A stretch of DNA of 62,347 nt, the filler included, from Chiloscyllium plagiosum (lineage: Eukaryota), in the NCBI RefSeq assembly GCF_004010195.1. It is 4 parts of one record of this genome, joined end to end, with 100 filler letters (N's around TTAATTAATTAA, not from the genome) between each part and the next. Parts side by side here need not be neighbours in the genome. Positions count along the whole stretch, not along the records: positions 19,272 to 40,669 come from NC_057717.1; positions 40,770 to 52,686 come from NC_057717.1; 2 more parts are not named here. The stretch is one strand, 5' to 3'. Under the pieces are notes generated by a model. It was not told where the DNA came from. It was given only the letters and a program-made list of their open reading frames with translations, and did no database searches. Below, piece by piece: positions 35,830 through 47,412 of this stretch. Within the stretch, counting starts at the first letter, position 1, and every line of letters begins with the position of its first letter. A program made the position numbers and the translations under genes.

Positions 35830-37310
35830 TCAACCACTGTCGGGTTGTGCAGGTTTCAAAAATGGGAATGTCTGAGAGAACAGCAGGGAAGATACAGGGA
35901 ATATCGACGAGAATAGGTGGGATGGTAAAGTTCCCTAAACTGCGAATTTCAGTTTCATCAGCCGGGATTGCGTAGTTCTCTAAACTTGGAATATCGGTGT
36001 GATCAACGGGATGATACAGATCCCTAAACTGGGAATCTGAGTGTAAACAGCTGGGATGATCCAACTCTCTAAACTGGAAATCTCGGTGTGAACAGTCGGA
36101 ATGGGTTTAATCTCGAAACTGTCAAGCCCCGTGTAAACAGTTGGAATGGTTATACTCTCTCAACTGGGATTCTCAGTGTGAAAAGGTGAGAAGGTCCATC
36201 TCTCTAAATTGGGAATATCAGTGTGAACAACCATGATGTTCCAGCTCTTTTAAATTGGAAACTTAGTGTGGACAATGGAATGATCTAGCTCCTTAAACTT
36301 GAAATCTCGGTGTGAAGCCAGGTGGGATGGTCAGGCTCCCTGAACTGGGAATCTCAGTGCGATCAGCCATGATAGTCCGTGTTTCGAAATTAGGAATCTC
36401 ATTGTTTGCACTGGGATTGTCCAGTTCCCTAAACTGAGAATCTCAGTGTGAACAGCCGCGATGACCTACTCTCTAAACTTGTAATCTCGTTGCGAACAGC
36501 TGGATGATCCAGCTGCATAAACAGGGAATTTCAGTGTGAACACACGAGATGGTCCCGCTCTCTATACTGAGAATTTCCTTCTGAGCAACTAGGATGGTCC
36601 AGTTCCCTCAACTTGAAATCTCACTGTGAACAGCCGGGATGGTCCAGCTCTCTAAACTAGGCTTCTGAGTGTGAACAGCCGGGATGGTCCAGCTCTCTAA
36701 ACTGGAAATCTCGGCGTTAACAGCTGGGATGACAGTGCTCACTAAATTGGGATTCTCAGTGTGAACAGCTGGAATTTTCCACCTCTCTAAACTGGGATGC
36801 ACATTGTGAACAGCCAAGATGGACCAGCTCTCTAAACTGGGATGCTCAGTGTTAAAAAGGGGAATGATCAAGCTCCCTAAACTGTGATTCTCAGTGTGAA
36901 CAGCTGGAATTGTCCAGCCGTCTAAAGTGGGCTTCTCAGTGTGAAGAGGGATGGTTTGGCTCTCTAAACTGGAAATCTCTATGTGAGCAGCCATGGTGGT
37001 CTACCTCCCTAAACCGGAAATCTCAGTGTTAACAGCAATGATAGTCCAGCTCCCTAAACTGGGAATCTCAGTGTGAATGGTCGGCATGGTCCCGTTCCCT
37101 CAACCAGGAATCTCGTTGTGAGCAGCCAGTTTGGTCTATCTCCCTAAATTGGGAAACTTGTTGTGAACAATGGGATTATCCAGCTCCCTGAACTGGAAAT
37201 CTCAGTGTGAACAGACAGGTGCTCGCGCTCTCTAAAATGTGAGTCGCGTTGTGAGCAGCTGGAATAGTCCAGCTCCCTCTACTGGGGATCAGTGTGAACT
37301 GCCGGGATCT
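35830..37310. repeat. 45-bp minisatellite (consensus ~CAGCCGGGATGGTCCAGCTCTCTAAACTGGGAATCTCAGTGTGAA)
   Basis: Units start at 36631 and 36676; the periodicity persists across the interval. Confidence 0.95.
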
Positions 37311-37513
37311 CTGAAAACTCGACAGAGGCGTGAATAGTGGGATAAATGGATTGTGGGTGACGGCTTATAGTGGAATGTGCTTATATAGTAGAACGCATGA
37401 ATTGTTGCAAACAGGTGGCAACTGATGGAGGTAGATGGTAGGGAAGCTGGAGATGATGGATTGAACAGAATGTTGGATGATGGACATGTTGGAGGGACGA
37501 GGCTGATAAATTG

Positions 37514-37665
37514 CCCACAGAAATCAGGGATGTGTAGGTTAGGTGCATTAGTCGGGGTAAAATGAAGAGTGATAGGGAAGGGGAATGGGTCTGGATGGGT
37601 TGCTCTTTGGAGGATCGATGTGGACTAGTTAGGCAGAAGGGCAGGTTTCCACAATGTAGAGATTC
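37514..37665 (+). mobile_element. HE1 SINE 3' fragment
   Basis: gatgtgtaggttagg...gggaatgggtctggatggg...gtggact...gtttccaca. Confidence 0.7.
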
Positions 37666-37669
37666 AATA

Positions 37670-38330
37670 AAAAGTGAGAAGTTGTGCTCTCAACACTAAG
37701 CCTTGCAGAACACCACATGTCACCGGCTGCCAGACCGAGAAAAACTCTTTTATCCCGAAACTCTGTTTTCTGCCAAACAGCCAAACATTTCTCTATACCT
37801 CTGACACATGGACCCTTACTCAGTAGCTTCCTGTGTGTCATTTCGTGAAAGACCTTCTTAAAGCCCAGGCAGATAACATCCATTCGCTCTCCTCAGTCTT
37901 ACCTGTTCGTTTCTTCTTCAAATAAATAGCGCAGATTGATCAGGCATGAACTTCCCTGAATGAAACTATGTTGACTTTGCCATGTTTTACCATGCAATTC
38001 CAAGTATTCAGAAATTTCATTCTTCACAATAGATGCCAGGATTTTACCCGCAACTGAGATGAGGGTAATTGTCCTGTAATTTTCTGTCTTTTGCCTTACT
38101 CCCATTTTAAACGGGGATATCGTTTTGGTGATTTTCCAGTCCTCTCGGAACTTCCCTGATTCTACAAATTCCTGAAAGATTGCCAACAACGCCAAGACTG
38201 TCACTTCAGGTATCTCCCATAGAACCCTGGGGTGTAGTCCAGCTGGAACAGGGGTTTATCCAACCTCGGCCATTCAGTTTTTCTAGCATCTTCTCCTTCG
38301 TGATGACCACCATACTCAGTTCTGTCTCCT
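37670..38330 (-). mobile_element. CR1 RT fragment
   Basis: EDWKI...ENYRTITLISVAGKIL and MDVICLGFKKVF. Confidence 0.85.
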
Positions 38331-38824
38331 CACTCTATTGCCGAGAAGTGTAGACCAACAACTAGGAATGTATGGCTGCATGGCATGCAGTTACTGCCAA
38401 GGAAAGTTACCCAGTTCACATCCCAGATCAGGCTGCCTATCAGGGCTGCTCCCTTGCTACATGAGCATGCATTCCCCTGCCTCCAAGCATGCCCACAGCA
38501 TGCTTTACCTTGCATTGTCAGCGCCTTGTGATGGCAGTTGGCACAGACACACAACCAGGCGACTGGCTTTACTGTGTCATTGTCCTCAGTCAGGGACATT
38601 TGCACCTGTTATATATCACTGTTCCATGTCATTCTAACCCTTATACCACATGGCAAGAGTTATTGTACCAAACACACTGCATCTGCAACAAAGACTCTGA
38701 TACGTCTGATAGTCTCAGGGGAGCAGACTGCAGGGAAATGCATGGGGCACCTTCAGCCGGTGGTTGGGGTTTCTAACTTGGTTTTCAATGGATTGTTGTT
38801 TCATTGATAATTTTGAATGATTTA

Positions 38825-40130
38825 TAGACTCATACAGTCAGAGATGTATAGCATGGAAACAGACTCTTTGCTCTATATCCCTCCAAACCATTCCTATTCA
38901 TATACTCATACAGATGTCTTTTAAATGTTGCAATCATACTAGCCTCCACCACTTCCTCTAGCAGCTCATTCCATACACGTACTACCCTCTGTCTGAAAAA
39001 GTTGACCCTCAGGTCTCTTTTATATCTTTCCTCTCTCACGCTAAACCGATGTCCTTTAGTTCTCGACACGCCTACTCCAGGGAAGAGACTTTGTCTATTC
39101 ATCGTATCCACGCTCTTTAAGATTTTATGAACCTCAACAAGGTCGCCCCTCAGCTCCTGACACTCCAGGGAGAACAACCCTTACCTATTCAACCTCTCCC
39201 TACAGCTCAAATCCTCCGACCCTGGCAACATCATTGTTAGTCCTTTTTGAGACATTTCAAGTTTCAAGACATCTTTCCGATAGGAAGGAGATCAGAATTG
39301 CACGCAATATTCTAAAATTGGCCCAACCAATATCCTGTACATCCGCAACATCAGTCCCAACTCCTATACTCAATGCTCTGACCAATAATGGAAAGCATAC
39401 CAAGCATCTTCTTCATTATGCTATCTATCTGAGACTCCAGTTTCAAGGAGCTATGAACCTACAGTCCAAGGTCTGTTTGTTCAGCATTACACTGGAGGAA
39501 CTTACCAATAAGTGTATAAATTGTGGTAAGATTTGCTTTCCCAAAAATGCAGAACCTCGCATTTATCTAAGTTATACTCCATATGCCAGTTTTCAGGCTA
39601 TAGGCCCATCTGATCAAGTTCCCGTTGTAATCTGAGGTACTCTTCTTCGCTGTCCACTACACTTCCGATTTTGGTGTCATCTGCAAACTTACTAACTGTA
39701 CCTCTTATGCTGACATCCGACTCATTCATATAAATGACGAAAAGTAGTAGCCCCAGCACCGATCCTTGTGGCACTCCACTGGTCACAGGTCTCCAATCTG
39801 AAAAACATCCTTCCACAACCACCTATGTCTTCTACCTTTGAACCAGTTCTGTATCCAAGTAGCTAGTTCTCACTGTATTCGGTGAGATCTATACTTGGTT
39901 AACAGTCGAATCTGGTCGAACAACTTACTGAAGTTCATATCGAAGACGTCCACTGCTGTGCCCACTTCAATCCTCTTTGTTACATCTTTAAAAAAAACTC
40001 TATCAAGTTTGTGAGACATGTTTTCCCACGCACAAAGCCGTGTGACTATTCCTAACCAGTCCTTGCCTTTCCACATACATTTACATCCTGTCCTTCAGGA
40101 CTCCTTGACAAGTTTCTCAATCTTCAGTTA
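38825..40130 (-). mobile_element. CR1 LINE 3' half (RT, C-terminus, tail)
   Basis: SGVPQGSVLGLLLF, SKFADDTKIG and FFRQRVVRVWNEL. Confidence 0.9.
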
Positions 40131-40277
40131 CAGTCAAACGTTTTAGTCTGTTTATCCAATCTTGGTCAGTTCTCCCCTCATGCCGTGTAATTGGCTTTGT
40201 TTTGATTTTGGATTTTTGCGTGTGTTTAGAACGATCATTCATTTTATCATTTGTATTCATTTGTTGGTCATGTTGCA

Positions 40278-40376
40278 GACCCATATCCATAATGATAAAA
40301 TTAAACAACAGTCCAGTACAAGAACAGGACCCATATCATAATGATAAAATTAAACAACAGTCCAGTACAAGAACAG
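40278..40376 (+). repeat. ~50-bp tandem duplication at a CR1 3' end
   Basis: gacccatat(c)cataatgataaaattaaacaacagtccagtacaagaacag occurs twice. Confidence 0.9.
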
Positions 40377-40789
40377 ACCCTTCAGCCCAGCAAGCCCGCA
40401 CTAACACATGGTGTCATTCCAAAGTTAAAACAAAAGTATTTGCTCCAATACCTTCTATGTCATTCTATTCCTTACTAACTCATACTCGTGCCAAGATCCC
40501 TTTGAAACCTTGCTATATTGGCTTCTTCTCCTCTAACAGTGCATTCCAGGCACTTTCACATTCTGTCTGGAACAGCAAAAAAAACACTTACCTATCACAT
40601 CTCCTGAACTTTCTCCATTTTACATAAAATCTACGGTCCTGAGTAATTGATACTTCTACTCTGGGGGAANNNNNNNNNNNNNNNNNNNNNNNNNNNNNNN
40701 NNNNNNNNNNNNNTTAATTAATTAANNNNNNNNNNNNNNNNNNNNNNNNNNNNNNNNNNNNNNNNNNNNTCCTGATCATTGTTCAGGTC

Positions 40790-41600
40790 AGTAAACCCAT
40801 CACTTTGCATCATGACCGACATTAAAAGTGGATTCCAAAAGGCCTGAATTCGGATACAGTGCTACTGGACCTCACAGCTGCCTGTGACACTGAGTGAGAC
40901 ACGGGCCTGCTTCTGAATCTGTGAAGAGAGTTTCCAACCTGGGTCAGGGCAGTCATTCAAACATTTCCTCACAGAGAATCATTTGGAATCAACCTTCAGC
41001 AGGAGGAAACTAGCCATCACTGCTGTCACTGCAGGTTCAAATGTTGTCTAAATTAGATACCAATGACTGAAGAAGAGCCAGATCTTAGAAATTCATCTTC
41101 AGTCTGAGCCTGGACCAGGGAGCAGATTTATGGACATGGAGGGTCAGAGTCAAACCGCACAAGTTACTTGTGGTGATAAAAACTGGCTTGCCCCCAGGAC
41201 ACCATAAACCTGCACCCTAGACCAGACACTTGGGTGAAAACTTTCACACTTTGATAGTCTTCTGCAGTGTCTTGTGTCTCACAATAGCCCTTTGAAACTT
41301 TATCCAATAAATGTACCTTCACATTCGCCAGTATCAAAATAAAATTGTACACGTCTGTGGATGGTCAGATATTAATATATGGGTCACCCAACAGAATGTA
41401 TCTGAAGCAACCAGGAGCAAACAGCAATCCAAAAATCACGTTAGTAACTGAACTTTGTGGATTTTATTTGGTCTAGGTAACCACACGTATTGTGCTGACA
41501 CTCAGATGACAGTAACCATACACACTATAACTGGTACTCTAGGCCTAACGCCCCTCCGAGCTTCCTGTCTTCACACACCTCACTCCCTCACACATTTACC
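40790..41600 (+). mobile_element. Highly degenerate non-CR1 LINE RT fragment (Vingi/Ingi-like)
   Basis: SGFQKA...VLLDLTAACDT...GLLLNL resembles the DLTAAYDTVWHxGLLxKL motif. Confidence 0.4.
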
Positions 41601-41634
41601 AACTGATGAGAATCCACAAGGTGGATGAATCCTG

Positions 41635-43090
41635 GAACATAAAAAGTACAGCGCAGTCAGAGCCCTTCAGCCCTCAATGTTTTGCCTGCCTTTTATCCTA
41701 CTCTAAGATCAGGCTAACCTTCATAACCTTCATCGTACTAACTTCCATGTGCCCATCCAAGAGTCTTCTTAAATTTCCCTCATGTATCTGATTCTTCGAC
41801 CATCGCTGGCGGTGCATTCCGCTCCCACCACTCTCTGTGTTATGAACCTACCTCTGAGATCTCCCCTAAACCTTCCTCCAATCATTTTAAAATTGTTCCC
41901 CTTGTTGAAAAGACTCTGGCTATCTAATCTTTGTCTCTCAACATCTTGTACACCTCTATCAAGTCAGCTGTCATTCTTCTTCACTCCAGGGAGAAAAGCC
42001 CCAGCTCACTCAGATTTTCTTACTAAGACATGCCCTTCATTCCAGGCAGCATCCTGGTAAATCTCCTCTGCACACTCTCTGAGCCTTCCACTGTTTCCTC
42101 TAATGAGGGAACCACAACTGAACACAATATTCCAAGCATTGTTGAACAACAACTTTATAGAGATAAGCATTAACCTCGGTATTCTTAAATTCAATCCCCC
42201 TGCTAATGAAAGCCAACATACCATACATCTTCTTAACAACCCTGTCATCTTGGGTGGTAACTTTGCGGGATCTATGGACATGGACCCCAATTTCCCTCTG
42301 TTCCTCCCCTTGGCCAAGAATTCTGCCTTTAATCCTATATTCTGTATGCAAACGCAAAATTCCAAAATAAATCACTTCACACTTTTTAAGGTTGAACTCT
42401 ATCTGCCACTTATCAGTCCAGCTCTGCATCCTGTCAGTGTCCTGTTGCAACCTACAACAGCCCTCCACACTATCCATAACTCCATCAACCTTCATGTCAT
42501 CGGCACATTACTAACTCACCATTCCACTTCCTCGTCAAGGTCATTGATAAAAATCATAAAGAGCACAGGTCCCAGAGCCAATCCCCGGTGAACACCGCTG
42601 GTCACTGACCTCCAGTCTGAATACTTTCCATCTGCTATCATCTTCTGCCTTCTATGGGCGAGCCAAGTCCATATCCAGACAGCCACATTCCCTGCATCCC
42701 ATGCTTCCTTACTTTATGAATGAGCCTACAATGGGAACCTTATCAAGCACCTTTCTATAATTCGTGTTCACCACATCTATTGGTCTACCTTCATCAAAAT
42801 GTTTTTTCACACCTTCAAAGAATTCAGTATGTTTTCTGAGGGATGACCTGCCCCTCACAAAGCTGACCATCTCTAATCAAACTATCGTTTTCTCGATAAT
42901 TGCAAATCCTTTCTCTCAGAATCGTCTCCAATACTTTGCCTACCGCTGATGTAAAACTTACTGTTCTATCATTGCCAGGGTAATCCCTATTCCCTTCCCT
43001 GAATATGGGAATAATATTTGTCACCCTCCAATCATCTGGTACTACTATAGTGGACAGTGAAGACACCAAGATCATTACCAAAGGCACATC
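41635..43090 (-). mobile_element. CR1 LINE 3' portion
   Basis: VPDDWRVTNIIPIF, GKVLETILRERI and WQIEFNLKKCEVIYFG; tail gaacata...gcccttcagccctc. Confidence 0.9.
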
Positions 43091-43929
43091 AATCATACAA
43101 CACGGAAGAGGCCCTTCGATTGATAGTTATAAAAAATTAAAAGCCCTGCAGACACTAGAAATTCCTCCTTCCTAACGTTTTGGGACGAGTGATAGATGTA
43201 GGAGAGACGTCCTACAGACTTCTCAAGCAACAACGTGACATAACGAAACCTCTCGGTGTCAGATCAAACTCTGACACGGAAACCTCCTGCTGAATGCCTT
43301 CCCTCAGCTGATGAATCAGTGTCCCTCNNNNNNNNNNNNNNNNNNNNNNNNNNNNNNNNNNNNNNNNNNNNNNNNNNNNNNNNNNNNNNNNNNNNNNNNN
43401 NNNNNNNNNNNNNNNNNNNNNNNNNNNNNNNNNNNNNNNNNNNNNNNNNNNNNNNNNNNNNNNNNNNNNNNNNNNNNNNNNNNNNNNNNNNNNNNNNNNN
43501 NNNNNNNNNNNNNNNNNNNNNNNNNNNNNNNNNNNNNNNNNNNNNNNNNNNNNNNNNNNNNNNNNNNNNNNNNNNNNNNNNNNNNNNNNNNNNNNNNNNN
43601 NNNNNNNNNNNNNNNNNNNNNNNNNNNNNNNNNNNNNNNNNNNNNNNNNNNNNNNNNNNNNNNNNNNNNNNNNNNNNNNNNNNNNNNNNNNNNNNNNNNN
43701 NNNNNNNNNNNNNNNNNNNNNNNNNNNNNNNNNNNNNNNNNNNNNNNNNNNNNNNNNNNNNNNNNNNNNNNNNNNNNNNNNNNNNNNNNNNNNNNNNNNN
43801 NNNNNNNNNNNNNNNNNNNNNNNNNNNTCAAATTAAAGAAATATTTTTAAAAATCGATAATTCAGGAATTAATGACAAGAAATTTGAAAAGTCAAATCAC
43901 AATCCATCAGAATCAACATGATTTCGATC

Positions 43930-45520
43930 ATGGGGATCCAAGAGATGAAATATTTGGACTTCCAGAAGGCATTGAATAGCTCTGCACACATGATTAATCT
44001 GCAGAATAAGATCGTTTAGGGTTAAAAGTAATTTATCAACTTGGTACAGGCTTAGGGAAGCAACAAAATGCAGTGAGATGGAAAAATATGGGTAATTTTC
44101 TGTTGGCAAAATTCAATTTTTAGGAAACCACATTTCTTGGTCCCCAGGCCCCAACTATTTACAATCTATAGTCTTAAGTAGTTGAGAGGATAGAACATGT
44201 TGTAACCAAATTAACAGATGACACGAACTCAGGTGAGAAATTGCAATGAAGATGCAAGAAGTTAGAAAATGTATATGGATAGATTGGGGCAACATTTGAC
44301 AGAAGAAACTGAACAATGAAAAGTATGAATGTATCCGTTTGGATCAGTGTAGCAGAAAGGCAAATTATTATCCAAATGGAGAGAGACTTCAGAATGATTA
44401 GGTGCAGAGGGATCTGGCTGTCCGCGTCCATACTACAGACTACTCAAATGTAGGTACAGCAGATAATGAGAAAGACAAGTGCAACTTGGGCATTTATTTA
44501 TAAAACAATGGATTACAAAGAGAGGGCGGTGTGAGATCGCAATTGAGTACTGTGTGCAGTCTTGGTGTCCTGACTGTAGGAGGGATGTATTTGCCATAGA
44601 GGCAGTTCAGAAGTGGTTTGCTTGATTTACTCCAGACATGAGGAGTTTGTCCTCTGAAGAGATATTGAGCAGTTCAGGCCAACACTGCCTGGAGTATAGA
44701 AAAATGAGAGATTTCGGAGGACGGGACGATGTTAAAGGTGATTTACAATGTCGATGTGAAGTTGATATTTCCTCATGTGGGGCAATCTCGAACGATCCTA
44801 AAACCACAGTTTTAGGATGAGTTGGGGGAGAAATGAAACAGGGGTGAGGAGAACATACTTCTGTCACAGGGTTGGGAATCTGTGTAATTCACTGCCTCAG
44901 AGTGCAGTAGGTGCTGGGATATTGAGTAAGTGAAGGAATATGGAGAGCGGACAGGAACGTGGAACTGAGGCCGCAATGACATCAGCTATGATTGTATTCA
45001 ATATCGGACGAGGCCTGAGGGGCTGGATTGCCGAACTGATGCTCCTCGTTCTTATTCAGCGCTTCGAATGTGTTACACATAAATGGGGGAGGACTGGTTA
45101 TCAGACAGGAAGCAGGCACTCCGGAAAAATCAACCTTAGTCAGTTTGACAACATCACCAGTGGAGTCACACAGTGACCAGTGCTGGGTCCACAGCTCTTT
45201 ACAATCTGTATAAACGATCAGGAGGAGTGGAACAAATGTACTGTAACTATGTATGCCGATTAAACTAAGATAAACAGGAAACTAAATTATCAAGGGAAGG
45301 TGGAGAGTCTGTAATTGGATATGGACAGGTGAAGTCAATAAAAGTTTAGCAAATGGGATTAAAGATAATATATAGTCTGTCATTTTCTTTAGGAAGAATG
45401 GTAGGTAGTATGTTACTGAAACGGAAAAATACTACAGGACGTGGTGATGCAGTGTGTACTGGAGGGTTCATTCTGACCTGATCAGACACGGGAAGTTTTG
45501 CTCCATCTTCCTGATGTTCC
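43930..45520 (+). mobile_element. Degenerate CR1 RT/3' fragments
   Basis: LDFQKA, ccaaattaacagatgacacgaa (ADDTK-like), EYCVQ and ccagtggagtcacacagtgaccagtgctgggtcc. Confidence 0.75.
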
Positions 45521-45932
45521 CAGGGACCCCANNNNNNNNNNNNNNNNNNNNNNNNNNNNNNNNNNNNNNNNNNNNNNNNNNNNNNNNNNNNNNNNNNNNN
45601 NNNNNNNNNNNNNNNNNNNNNGACGCAGGTTTTGTAACTACAGTCCCTATGCTCCATCCCGAGTTGGGTCACCAAATCCTCAGGTCTCCCTGAATGTCTG
45701 AGGCAGCTCACAGCACAACCTCCAGCAAACCATCCACTAAACTCCACTATCGTTTCAATAACAGAAGTCAGTCAGCAGCCCATCAGCTACAATTTAGATG
45801 CCTGCTCTTTTACAGTAATTCTTGAGAGGTTTCCTCGTGTTACTGACCACACAATCATCTGAGAGGGACAAGCGCAGTTGTTCAGTGGACATGCACAGAT
45901 CACGGTTCAAAGACATGTCTAAAGCTGCTGGA

Positions 45933-46370
45933 ACCCCAGTCCAACATGGAGTACCACGTGAGACGCACCGGGAAGTGAACAGCAGCCAAACACACACACC
46001 CCTGTCCATGGATTTTCACATGGGGCACACCGAGAAGTGAACAGCAGCCCAGAACACACACAAACACCCCTGTCCAATGATCACCACATGAGACACACCG
46101 GGAGTGAACAGCAGCGAAACACACACCTCCCTGTCCATGGAGTACCACATGGGACACACCGGGAAGTGAGCAACAGACAAAAATACACCCCTGTCCATGG
46201 ATCACCACATGAGACACACCAGGAAGTGAACAACAACCCAGTACACACCTCCCTCTCTATAGACTACCACATGGAACACATCTGGAAGTGAACAACAGCC
46301 CAGCACACAAACGCCTGTCTATGGAATACCACATGGAAAACACTGGGAAGTGAACAGCATTCTGACACAT
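45933..46370. repeat. ~62-bp minisatellite, 7 units
   Basis: The GAAGTGA/GAGTGA core recurs near 45971, 46033, 46101, 46162, 46222, 46284 and 46346. Confidence 0.92.
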
Positions 46371-47149
46371 ACCATTTCATTGTTTCTGAGCTTCACAATG
46401 CCAGCTCTCGATACACTAGGGATCCAACTGGGACCCACAGCTGTGACGTACAGGAGACCACGAACCATACATTTTGCAAATTGTTTCTGAGCTTCATAAT
46501 GATTTCCCCGGGATTCCAGGGATATGAGCACCAACGGCCAGGTGAAGGTCCAGAAGGACAGATATTCATGTTTATAATTGGATTATTACTTGATCGACAA
46601 GTTCAGTAAACGTGGCTCTTCTCAAACAAATGGGATTAACTGGATGAGTAGTACTTTCTTAGGTCAAATAACAAAAATAAGAATATAAAATAAATGTGCT
46701 GACAAGTCGGCTGAAATCCACGTCACAGAATCACCACACCATAATCCAGATGATATATCTGCAGCATGTAGCAGTGTTCAGACCAGGCTGGTGTACTCCT
46801 CAATACAACCCAGCAATCTGTGCAGACCACACCAGTCCATGAACTACCTCTCCAGCACTCGGAGCTATGCAGTGAACAGCAGTGAATTATTATGTAAACC
46901 AGAAGCATTTACCCTCCCAGCATGTAGAGCAGTGTACGTCACCCCAAGGCATGGGTCTGTATACCAGGAGCAGTTACCCTACCAGCATGTACAGCTGTGT
47001 ACACTGCCGCAGTGCATTGTTCAGTAACACTGTGCTAGATCACTGCACAGCGTGGGGAAACCTGCAGCCAATGCTGGAAGTGACAGGATGTGCAGCTCTA
47101 ATTCATTTGCAGCTCCATATCTCCATTGTATCAATGGATGTAGAATATC

Positions 47150-47411
47150 TCAAGAGGAAGGAGTAAAATGACTTAGGGTTAAGTAGGCAAGGATCAGACA
47201 AGGCTCTGGAGGGTTACAAGGTAGTCAGGAAGGAAGTGAAAAATAATCTCAGGAGAGCGAGAAGCGGGCATGAAAAAGACTTGGTGAGTAGGATTAAGGT
47301 AAAACTTAAGATGTTCTATACTTCTGTGAGGAACAAGATGATGGCTTTAGTGAGGGTAGGTCTCATCAGGATAGTGTAGGGAACTTGCGCCAGGAGTCAG
47401 AGGAGGTAGGG
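47150..47411 (+). mobile_element. CR1 ORF2 linker fragment
   Basis: aggagagcgagaagcgggcatgaaaa...aggattaagg, homologous to 61900-62080. Confidence 0.75.
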
Positions 47412-47412
47412 G

